From IMG/VR virus record IMGVR_UViG_3300046463_000164: a stretch of DNA of 64,000 nucleotides; one strand, given 5' to 3'. Position 1 is the first letter of the stretch. Each line of letters opens with the position of its first letter. Under the pieces are notes generated by a model. That model worked only from the letters and a program-made list of their open reading frames with translations. It was not told the origin of the DNA and did not search any database. The translations under genes were made by a program, and so were the position numbers. Positions 29,195-36,037 of the stretch are shown here, in pieces. This DNA is from a virus.

Positions 29195-30010
29195 TTACTT
29201 AGTCGCTGCGCAAACAGCCTTTTTATCGGCGGTGAACTTTGCGATATCATCAGGCCACACCGACTTTGCGGCTACAGCCTTATTGCCAGGAACCGGGAAA
29301 GTAATTCCAGTATCCTTTTCAATCTTTGATTCCGGTACCAGATACGGCGTCATATCGTTTTTGATAGACAAAGCCTGATGAGGGAACTCAAAATCCATTT
29401 CTTCCTTAGTCGCTGTATCAATCACGATTTTATAGAAAGCGTGCGGCACAACAACCTTATTAGGACCAATTGTCTTGTCTTGCGGACCATAGATCGGACC
29501 AGTATAGACTTGCATCGTATGCTGACGATTAAACGCCCAACCACGCACATTTGTCTCTAGCTCTTCCCAGATACCCGCATTAAACGGATGGATCTGCGGT
29601 GCCATATTAGACAATAGAAAACTTTCCTTGTCCACATTCAAATCCCAAGCCATATCAGCATTATTAGCCAAATGGCCCTTATCATATCCGCTGTTAGTGT
29701 AGTCTTTCAACTCAGCGCGCTTTCCAACAGGAAGCAAAGGATCAGGAATGAAACTATCTTGACGCGGAACACAACCTTCTGAATGCTTCGGAGTCAACGT
29801 ATATGCAACCCAAACCGGAATCTTGGCAACATCGTCATGCTTCAAAACATATGCTTTATGGCACAACTGAGTACCGACTACCTTATCTGTAGGTAGACCC
29901 AACGGGGCTTCTACCGAAGCGATGGCGCAGGGCGTAGAGGCTGCATAAGATGCCGGAGCGCTCACTAGAGTCGATACGGCGATTACTAATGCTGCTAGAA
30001 ATTTCTTCAT
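29195..30010 (-). CDS. Secreted DNA/RNA non-specific endonuclease (NucA/EndoG family)
   Basis: Signal peptide MKKFLAALVIAVS..ASYA; PVWVAY, GYDKGHLA, SFLLSNMAPQ..FNAGIW..LE, VPHAFYK motifs. Confidence 0.9.
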   Translation of the reverse strand: MKKFLAALVIAVSTLVSAPASYAASTPCAIASVEAPLGLPTDKVVGTQLCHKAYVLKHDDVAKIPVWVAYTLTPKHSEGCVPRQDSFIPDPLLPVGKRAELKDYTNSGYDKGHLANNADMAWDLNVDKESFLLSNMAPQIHPFNAGIWEELETNVRGWAFNRQHTMQVYTGPIYGPQDKTIGPNKVVVPHAFYKIVIDTATKEEMDFEFPHQALSIKNDMTPYLVPESKIEKDTGITFPVPGNKAVAAKSVWPDDIAKFTADKKAVCAATK

Positions 30011-30033
30011 CTTTATCCAAAGTTTGTTAAAAT

Positions 30034-30178
30034 CTGGCGGGTTACTATCGTCCCGCAGGCACCTTCAAGAGCACCAGGTTAGGCTTCTCTTAAGCATATC
30101 GTATCCCCAAGCGTCCGAGGGGAATCAACTGTAACTTCAGTTTACATTATCACGGATTTCACAGCCCGTTTCCTGCCG
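30034..30178 (-). ncRNA. Candidate structured RNA upstream of the nuclease gene
   Basis: Stems ACGGG/TCCGT, TGTAA/TTACA, TCCCC/GGGGA, TTAAGAG/CTCTTGA, GCGGG/CCCGC followed by CA. Confidence 0.45.
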
Positions 30179-30187
30179 ATTGTACTC

Positions 30188-30571
30188 TTACGACCAATCC
30201 CACATATGGCTCTTGGGATTCTCAAAAACCATCGGCTCATAATTATCAGGGTCTTTCATATACTTGATCAACTCCTGCTTATTGTGAGACCGCAATTCTA
30301 TTTCACGATTTTGGCGAAACCAACGGCTGGGAGTCCAAGCATTCTTGGAGCGACTTTCGCCATGGATTCGTTTGTATTCGTGGTTTCTTTCTTGTTCAGA
30401 CATAGGACGAAAGAATTCTTCGGTTCTGCCCCAAATCCAACAATCACCTCCATCCTTTTGATAGTATTCATAATCGGAAGTGGTATAGAAACCGTTGGTC
30501 TTACGTCCCTTGTTATCCCAGCTATTACGTTGTGTATCTTCGAAATTTTTACGTCGAAAGGTTCTGCTCAT
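30188..30571 (-). CDS. Hypothetical basic/aromatic protein (MSRTFRRK type)
   Basis: 127 aa; its GGAG RBS lies inside a hairpin. Confidence 0.75.
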   Translation of the reverse strand: MSRTFRRKNFEDTQRNSWDNKGRKTNGFYTTSDYEYYQKDGGDCWIWGRTEEFFRPMSEQERNHEYKRIHGESRSKNAWTPSRWFRQNREIELRSHNKQELIKYMKDPDNYEPMVFENPKSHMWDWS

Positions 30572-30635
30572 TTAGTTTCTCCATATATGTTAACTTACAT
30601 ATATGAGAAGCCTTGTAATGATGAACAATAAACAT
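30549..30635 (-). CDS. Putative 28-aa leader peptide MFIVHHYKASHICKLTYMEKLNEQNLST
   Basis: Strong AGGAG RBS; runs through the hairpin that hides the RBS of the next gene. Confidence 0.4.
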   Translation of the reverse strand: MFIVHHYKASHICKLTYMEKLNEQNLST

Positions 30636-30647
30636 AAATCTCCTAAT

Positions 30648-30737
30648 TGGCGGAAGCAGTAGGATTCGAACCCACGGACCCAGTGAAGAGTCGCCAGTTT
30701 TCTAAACTGGTGCAATCGACCGCTCTGCCATGCTTCC
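30648..30737 (-). tRNA. tRNA-Ser (AGA)
   Basis: GGAAGCA/TGCTTCC, G73, long variable arm, stem CCAGT/ACTGG, loop TTAGAAA. Confidence 0.88.
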
Positions 30738-30744
30738 AGTAAAA

Positions 30745-30999
30745 CTACTTAGCCACTTGTCGTTGAACATGCTGATTTGCATGCGCTTTCGCTTCGTGCT
30801 CGCTATCAAAATGATAGTCGTTTTCCTTGCCGGTGTACTTACCGTCCACGTAATGCGTTACTCGGTACTTGTCGCCAGTAGGTTTGACCTTGGCTTCATG
30901 TTGAGCTCCACCGCGTCTTTGTGCCGTAGCAGTATGTACAAAACCGTGTTGATCAGGCTCAGTTTGTAAGCCTTCGTGTAAATCTGCAAACTTACCCAT
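30745..30999 (-). CDS. Putative capsid internal protein (IP-like)
   Basis: 84 aa, His-rich, N-terminus MGKFADLHE-G; lies within the tRNA cluster. Confidence 0.6.
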   Translation of the reverse strand: MGKFADLHEGLQTEPDQHGFVHTATAQRRGGAQHEAKVKPTGDKYRVTHYVDGKYTGKENDYHFDSEHEAKAHANQHVQRQVAK

Positions 31000-31013
31000 C
31001 TGAACTCCAAATT

Positions 31014-31089
31014 TGGTACCAGGGGCAGGATTCGAACCTGCGACAAACGGATTATCGGTCCGCTACTCTACCAACTGAGTTACCCTGGT
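31014..31089 (-). tRNA. tRNA-Ile (GAT), C33
   Basis: Stem GCGGA/TCCGT, loop CCGATAA. Confidence 0.88.
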
Positions 31090-31109
31090 ATTGTAAAATT
31101 ACTTAGTAC

Positions 31110-31184
31110 TGGTCCCGCGTCAAGGAATCGAACCTCATTCTGACGGTGAACATACCGCCCATCCTACCAATAAACGAACGCGGG
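31110..31184 (-). tRNA. Atypical tRNA with 8-nt anticodon loop (undetermined)
   Basis: Perfect CCCGCGT/ACGCGGG acceptor, T arm, CCA; loop TATGTTCA. Confidence 0.65.
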
Positions 31185-31191
31185 ATAAAAC

Positions 31192-31303
31192 TGGTGGTAG
31201 TGGAGGAATCGAACCTCAAAATCCCGAATGCAGTATCTCAATCACTGACGCCTGTTTAGTGATCGTCGGGTTCCCAATACTGTAGGCACCTTGCCTAACT
31301 ACC
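31192..31303 (-). ncRNA. 112-nt tRNA-like RNA with expanded anticodon domain
   Basis: GGTAGT/ACTACC acceptor with ACCA, T arm, AGGCA/TGCCT D-like hairpin, CAGTAT/ATACTG stem enclosing an insert. Confidence 0.65.
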
Positions 31304-31311
31304 GTGAAACT

Positions 31312-31440
31312 TGGCCGGAACTGATGGAATTGAACCATCAATTTGTCTTTCACTACTCAGATCGTATCGCACTCTGGCGCCGTTTTAATTTCATTACTTC
31401 CCAATACACATGGGATTCCTTACCACTTGGATAAGTTCCG
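31312..31440 (-). ncRNA. 129-nt tRNA-like RNA with ~55-nt variable region
   Basis: CGGAACT/AGTTCCG acceptor with GCCA, D arm, TCCCA/TGGGA arm (loop TGTGTAT), GATGG-TTCAATT-CCATC T arm. Confidence 0.7.
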
Positions 31441-31446
31441 TAAACT

Positions 31447-31522
31447 TGGTCGAGATAGGTGGAATCGAACCACCGACACGCGGAATATGAATCCGATGCT
31501 CTACCTACTGAGCTATATCTCG
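31447..31522 (-). tRNA. tRNA-Met or Ile2 (CAT)
   Basis: Loop TTCATAT, canonical cloverleaf. Confidence 0.85.
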
Positions 31523-31524
31523 TT

Positions 31525-31608
31525 TGGAGGGTAGAGAGGGATTTGAACCCACGAACCTTGCGGACCGGGTTTGCAATCCGGCGCTTTTGACCTCTCAGCC
31601 ATCTACCC
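31525..31608 (-). tRNA. tRNA-Cys (GCA) with extended variable arm
   Basis: Loop TTGCAAA, U73; variable hairpin CC-GCAA-GG. Confidence 0.85.
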
Positions 31609-31618
31609 CTCAGTAAAA

Positions 31619-31807
31619 CTACTTAGTTGCTGCTTGCTCGCGTGACTTATCGTTCGGGCCGCGCTTCTTTGCGGTATACAAACGCTTCGCTGGATCCTTG
31701 CCATGAGCAGGCTTAGTTTGCTTCGGACCCTTTTCGCCGCGCTTATGCATTGCCGTGATTTGCTTTGCTTCAGCGCGCTTCTTAACATTCTTACTTTGAC
31801 GAGACAT
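31619..31807 (-). CDS. Small, very basic hypothetical protein
   Basis: 62 aa, K/R-rich, AGGT RBS. Confidence 0.65.
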   Translation of the reverse strand: MSRQSKNVKKRAEAKQITAMHKRGEKGPKQTKPAHGKDPAKRLYTAKKRGPNDKSREQAATK

Positions 31808-31842
31808 AATAACCTGTATTGTAGTTTAAACGAAAGCTTGTA

Positions 31843-32529
31843 TTACTCAAGCAACAAACACTTATACCGCTTATGATGATTGGCTCTGCCTTTGGCCACA
31901 TCACACATACGAGGAAAATTTAGACCTTGTTCCTTGCAGAACCTAGTCAAGTTTTCAACGATTACTTCATCGCCGTCTGGAGTTATTATCTTCCACAACT
32001 TTGATGCAGCTTTGACTATATTACTAATATTCCGCTTAGAATAATCCCTAATGGAATTTAGGTTAGATTTTCCAATCTTATCCTTATGCTCTTCCGACAA
32101 CTTCCTACCTGACATCGAGTCAGATATTTTCTTTTTGGTTTCTTCAGAATGACTCTTACCAAAAAGAGGATTGTTTTCGCCGGTTGCCGCCTCAGACAGT
32201 TTCTTTCGAGTTTCGGCTGAAGGATTCGAACAACCCTCTCCGCCGTCAGTTCCATTTGTTAACGGACCAAATCCCAAATCTCTGCGACCATATTCAGCAA
32301 TCCAGAAAACTTCCCACATCTCAGCATCATCTGCCGACAAATGCATATTCAAGAATTCTACAAGGATATACTTACCTTCACGTATAGCCTTTCTGATCTT
32401 CTTGTTTTTAAATGAATCTGGATTTCCGTCTTTGCCGCCAAGATGATCCCAAGCCCTTCTCTTAATACCCTTTCCTACATAAAATGGCTTGGGATCATCT
32501 TCAATTCTAAGTTGATATACATAAAACAT
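31843..32529 (-). CDS. GIY-YIG-type homing endonuclease with NUMOD3 repeats (start moved to ATG 32529)
   Basis: FYVYQLR..PFYVGKG..RAWDH, LTNGTDGGEG, HSEETKKKIS; AAGAGG RBS. Confidence 0.85.
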   Translation of the reverse strand: MFYVYQLRIEDDPKPFYVGKGIKRRAWDHLGGKDGNPDSFKNKKIRKAIREGKYILVEFLNMHLSADDAEMWEVFWIAEYGRRDLGFGPLTNGTDGGEGCSNPSAETRKKLSEAATGENNPLFGKSHSEETKKKISDSMSGRKLSEEHKDKIGKSNLNSIRDYSKRNISNIVKAASKLWKIITPDGDEVIVENLTRFCKEQGLNFPRMCDVAKGRANHHKRYKCLLLE

Positions 32530-32547
32530 ATTACCTCTTAAAATAAA

Positions 32548-32867
32548 GAACTCATGATACGCCAGCCTGGAGCACACCTCGGGGTCAATTCAATGATCAC
32601 CCACCACACTATACCCAGGATTTAAAAGATCGTTCAGACTTAATAACTTGAAAGTTGAGACTTAAACTTTAGAAATTTAATCTTTGAATCTTTAGCTTTA
32701 ATCGTTGAACTTTAAGAGTATTTGTATAGTCCCTTTCGGGCCACTATATTAATTGTCCTTGCGAGGATAAAGGTCGCAGTTCAATAGTCGATTTTGGCTC
32801 TCGCGGTTTAACGTCCAAGCGAGAAGGGACGCCGAAAGTTTTGAAGCGTTCAGCGTACCATGAGTTC
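32548..32867 (-). ncRNA. ~320-nt structured RNA with internal ~7-nt tandem repeats
   Basis: 16-bp terminal stem GAACTCATGGTACGCT/GGCGTATCATGAGTTC, internal hairpins, about 12 YYNAA(A)G-like units. Confidence 0.75.
32626..32715 (-). repeat. Degenerate 6-8-nt tandem repeat array (consensus near TTYAAAG)
   Basis: TTAAAG TTCAACG ATTAAAG CTAAAG ATTCAAAG ATTAAAT TTCTAAAG TTTAAG TCTCAAC TTTCAAG TTATTAAG TCTGAACG. Confidence 0.8.
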
Positions 32868-32886
32868 AGTTTTACTACAAAACTAC

Positions 32887-33519
32887 TTAGTCGGCCAGTT
32901 CAATCTCAGTCCGAGCATTAGACTCGCTCAGGACGAAATCAACTTCCGTCACAAAATCTTCATACTCACGACGAAGCACCGCGATTTGATCCACAATCTT
33001 CTTCGGGTCCAAAAGTTTGGCTTCTTGCTCGCCCTTAACTGCCTTCGCAATCAGGTCGTGCTGCTCTGCCGTAACTTTGCCCTTATCGTTACCGTATGCC
33101 GCCATCACACGCTTTTCAACGTCAGCTTCAACACGAGCATTCTGGTTGTTAGCCTGAATCGTAGCGCTGTTATACTGCGCTTGTAGCGTATTGATCAGAC
33201 GCTCGGTGTACTGGATCGAACTCTTACGTTCAATAGCTTCAGCAACCGTCATCGTCGCGCCGCTGATCGAAACTTGTGTTTTCGAGTTAGCAACGATAAT
33301 AGCTCGCTTAATGGCATCACGGCGCTTGATCAAATCCCCAACTTGCTGGTATGACGCTTGAATAGTCTTTTCCAGTTCATCCTTCGAAACCGCAGCATTC
33401 AGCGGGACTTCCTTGCTACCTCGCACAACAGCAACATAGGTTCCTTGAGCGATCGCATTTTGAATACGGCTGTCAAGGGTCTTCAGTTCAGCCAAACCGC
33501 GCGTTACAGTAATCTTCAT
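32887..33519 (-). CDS. All-helical coiled-coil protein of unknown function (DIP1984/septicolysin-like, by recall)
   Basis: ITVTRGLAELKTLDSRI, MTVAEAIERK, LLDP, VDFVLSESNARTEIE motifs; strong RBS; host-like codon use. Confidence 0.85.
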   Translation of the reverse strand: MKITVTRGLAELKTLDSRIQNAIAQGTYVAVVRGSKEVPLNAAVSKDELEKTIQASYQQVGDLIKRRDAIKRAIIVANSKTQVSISGATMTVAEAIERKSSIQYTERLINTLQAQYNSATIQANNQNARVEADVEKRVMAAYGNDKGKVTAEQHDLIAKAVKGEQEAKLLDPKKIVDQIAVLRREYEDFVTEVDFVLSESNARTEIELAD

Positions 33520-33571
33520 ATTTTCCTTTCTTCTCTTCAGTATAGGTACTTAAACCCGTTAAAATTCAGCG

Positions 33572-33958
33572 TTAAACGACTTTTTTGCCCATCATCTTTA
33601 CGATCTCAGGATCGGAAACGACAACGTAATTCGATTTATGCATTGGCATCACAGTGAACTTACGTTCAGCCGCTTCAGCCTCTCGGCGATTATACTCTTC
33701 AACCCCGATTTCTTCAATCATTTGTTTACGCAACTCATACTTCTTATCCGAAGCTTGAGGCACCTCAGCAGGGCGATTAGGCTTAACCAATCGATCTGCA
33801 TGCATTGCTAGAGCACCGCTAATACCAGCGGCTGGATTACGATTACCAAAAGACGGTCGCATAGGTTTCGTTACTAGAGGTTTGGAGTGGCGTTCCAGGA
33901 GTTTATCCCATTCAGACGCCAACTCACGTTGCTTCGCATTCGGCTTACGTTTCTTCAT
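33572..33958 (-). CDS. Hypothetical protein of T4-like phages
   Basis: Basic N-terminus and C-terminal MPMHKSNYVVV motif; start moved to ATG 33958. Confidence 0.7.
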   Translation of the reverse strand: MKKRKPNAKQRELASEWDKLLERHSKPLVTKPMRPSFGNRNPAAGISGALAMHADRLVKPNRPAEVPQASDKKYELRKQMIEEIGVEEYNRREAEAAERKFTVMPMHKSNYVVVSDPEIVKMMGKKVV

Positions 33959-33965
33959 ACAACCA

Positions 33966-34361
33966 TTAACGACGTTTGTTGAACCCACCAAAGTTCGAGC
34001 TAGTCTTCACCGGCTTAGACAGAGACAACTTAGGCGCTGGAGCAGCCACAGGCGCTACAACCGGGGCATGATTCACAGTGACGTTCTTTACAACCTTCTG
34101 CTGAATGATCGTCGTATGATTAACAGGCGCAGGTGAGGCGGCAGCGTTCCGGGTCGATAGCTTACCGGCCATAAAGCCAGCAGCCCCGCCTAGGAGCGCT
34201 CCGGTGAGAACGCCGCCATTATTACTCTGAGCAGGAGCAGAGACATAAACCGGCTGCTGAACTCCCGCATTCGGGTTTTGCGTCTGATACTGAGGATAGT
34301 TGTTATCGTGGCAAGCAGCCATAGAAACAGCCATCAGTGCAGCAAGGAAAATCTTCTTCAT
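33966..34361 (-). CDS. Lipoprotein with glycine-zipper segment
   Basis: Signal/lipobox MKKIFLAALMAVSMAA-C; GGVLTGALLGGAAGFMAG. Confidence 0.8.
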   Translation of the reverse strand: MKKIFLAALMAVSMAACHDNNYPQYQTQNPNAGVQQPVYVSAPAQSNNGGVLTGALLGGAAGFMAGKLSTRNAAASPAPVNHTTIIQQKVVKNVTVNHAPVVAPVAAPAPKLSLSKPVKTSSNFGGFNKRR

Positions 34362-34390
34362 TATTGTACCTTGAACTTTGATTGTTAAAC

Positions 34391-34603
34391 TTACGAAATT
34401 GCTCCCAACATATTCTTCAGTGCCAGCATTTCGCCGCGAATGTTATGTAGGTTTTTGATCGCGGAGGACTCGGACAGAACCCCATTGCTATGGTAGCAAG
34501 CCGCGATACAAGCTAGCACATCGCTGGCGGTCTTTTCGACCAGCTTCAGAACATCCAACGACAACGGCACATCAGCCCCGGTCTTAGTCAGATTGAGACT
34601 CAT
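34391..34603 (-). CDS. Hypothetical protein
   Basis: ATGA overlap with the upstream gene stop. Confidence 0.6.
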   Translation of the reverse strand: MSLNLTKTGADVPLSLDVLKLVEKTASDVLACIAACYHSNGVLSESSAIKNLHNIRGEMLALKNMLGAIS

Positions 34604-35055
34604 TCGTAGACGACATCCTGTGCAGAGGCAATACCACCAACCTTCAGCCACGCAAACTTCTTATCCTTGTCGATGCGAGCCAGACGCGAAGCTTCAGCCT
34701 TAGCCAAGTCTTCAGTGTTGTGAAGCGAAGGATTAGCGGACGCAGAAAACGCGCCAGTAGTCTTGTTCACAGAACCAACAATCCAAAAACCACGGCGAAT
34801 CGGACCAGTATTAATCATAGTAGGTTTAAACATTCCTTTAATTTTGTGCAGCTCAACAGAGCCACGAAGTTCACTCAAAGTAAAAAATCTACGATTGCCA
34901 TCATTATACAAAGTATAACCTTGCTCATGACGGTCATTCATTTCCAGACTACGATACGCCCCGTAGGGCGTCTTGTGATACGAAATAACCTTAAGAGTTT
35001 CCGATTCCAAATGATACTTCGGAAAACCCTTAATCGAGATCAACTCATTCATCAC
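34600..35055 (-). CDS. Hypothetical protein
   Basis: 151 aa, GAGGT RBS. Confidence 0.75.
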   Translation of the reverse strand: MMNELISIKGFPKYHLESETLKVISYHKTPYGAYRSLEMNDRHEQGYTLYNDGNRRFFTLSELRGSVELHKIKGMFKPTMINTGPIRRGFWIVGSVNKTTGAFSASANPSLHNTEDLAKAEASRLARIDKDKKFAWLKVGGIASAQDVVYE

Positions 35056-35198
35056 ACCTCATATTAGAAATATCCAGTTTGGACTTCGATTCCAAAACCT
35101 CCCGATTTAAATGCGGGCATACTTTCCATTTATACTACTGGATGTTACCGAGACAATCATATTCAATAATTTTGATTATCTCGACCTTTGCGCAATCA

Positions 35199-35275
35199 TG
35201 GCGCGCCGGAAAGGAATCGAACCCTCAACCTGGGGAGTAGAAATCCCCTGCTCTATCCAGTTGAGCTACCGGCGC
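35199..35275 (-). tRNA. tRNA-Arg (TCT)
   Basis: Stem GGGGA/TCCCC, loop TTTCTAC; directly behind an early promoter. Confidence 0.93.
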
Positions 35276-35345
35276 TTCGTTTAACTTAACATACAGCTAT
35301 TATACCCGCATACTATGCTAAAGTAAAGCGTTTACATCTGAATCT

Positions 35346-35516
35346 TTAGAAGCAGAACCAGCCGTTACATTTGATACACTTAACTCCACCGCCTGGTTGC
35401 GATACTTCTTCATGTTTGCAATTAGGGTCAGCGTCCCATAGTGCTAAATTGGGAAAATATTTGTTCGTGATTCTAGACAAATTCTCTTCAATAGGGTCTT
35501 TATCTCTTTGGGTCAT
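35346..35516 (-). CDS. 56-aa Cys/His zinc-binding protein (absent from ORF track)
   Basis: MTQRDK...LWDADPNCKHEEVSQPGGGVKCIKCNGWFCF*. Confidence 0.65.
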   Translation of the reverse strand: MTQRDKDPIEENLSRITNKYFPNLALWDADPNCKHEEVSQPGGGVKCIKCNGWFCF

Positions 35517-35991
35517 ATTCCACCACAGTTATTGATAACCTTGGGCTAGCACCGTTAATAATTCCTTCAATAGTTTCCCAATCGCCGCCAGCCAACCCAG
35601 CCCCGATCCTAGGAATTCCAACCAGTGCATTATCTTTATCCACATCTTTGTCTATAAAGAACCGAATTTGGGAATCCAGTCCAGCAAATACTTCTTTGAT
35701 GCTCTTATTCAGAACATCTTGATCCTCAATACCAGGATAGAACTGGGTGTAGGCATTTACAATTAGGCCGAACGCCGTCCATGCAGTAGTAAATGTACCT
35801 AGTTTATTCCTATCTCCATGTTTGCTATGCTTCACATCTTGACTAAAAGCTACGGGAAATTGCTTCGAAATCTGAGCAGCAATACCAGCTCCCATCGTAT
35901 GGAAACAGTTACAGCCGTGCACAATCGCATCAAATTCGCCATCTTTAAACAGCTTCAACAAATCGCCCTTCACAGTCTTAACTATCGGCAT
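35500..35991 (-). CDS. Macrodomain (ADP-ribose binding/hydrolase) protein, T4 Tk.4-like
   Basis: VKGDLL, IVHGCNCFHTMGAGIA, NAYTQ, PRIGAGLAGGDW. Confidence 0.92.
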   Translation of the reverse strand: MPIVKTVKGDLLKLFKDGEFDAIVHGCNCFHTMGAGIAAQISKQFPVAFSQDVKHSKHGDRNKLGTFTTAWTAFGLIVNAYTQFYPGIEDQDVLNKSIKEVFAGLDSQIRFFIDKDVDKDNALVGIPRIGAGLAGGDWETIEGIINGASPRLSITVVEYDPKR

Positions 35992-36037
35992 ACTTCGCTC
36001 TATGTAAAATTCGAATAAAGAGATTATACCCTAATTT

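Noticed and set aside
32626-32715. Possible CRISPR or mini-array
   Set aside because: Units are 6-8 nt, degenerate and contiguous with no spacers; the Cas4-like exonuclease at 36038 is a common stand-alone phage gene
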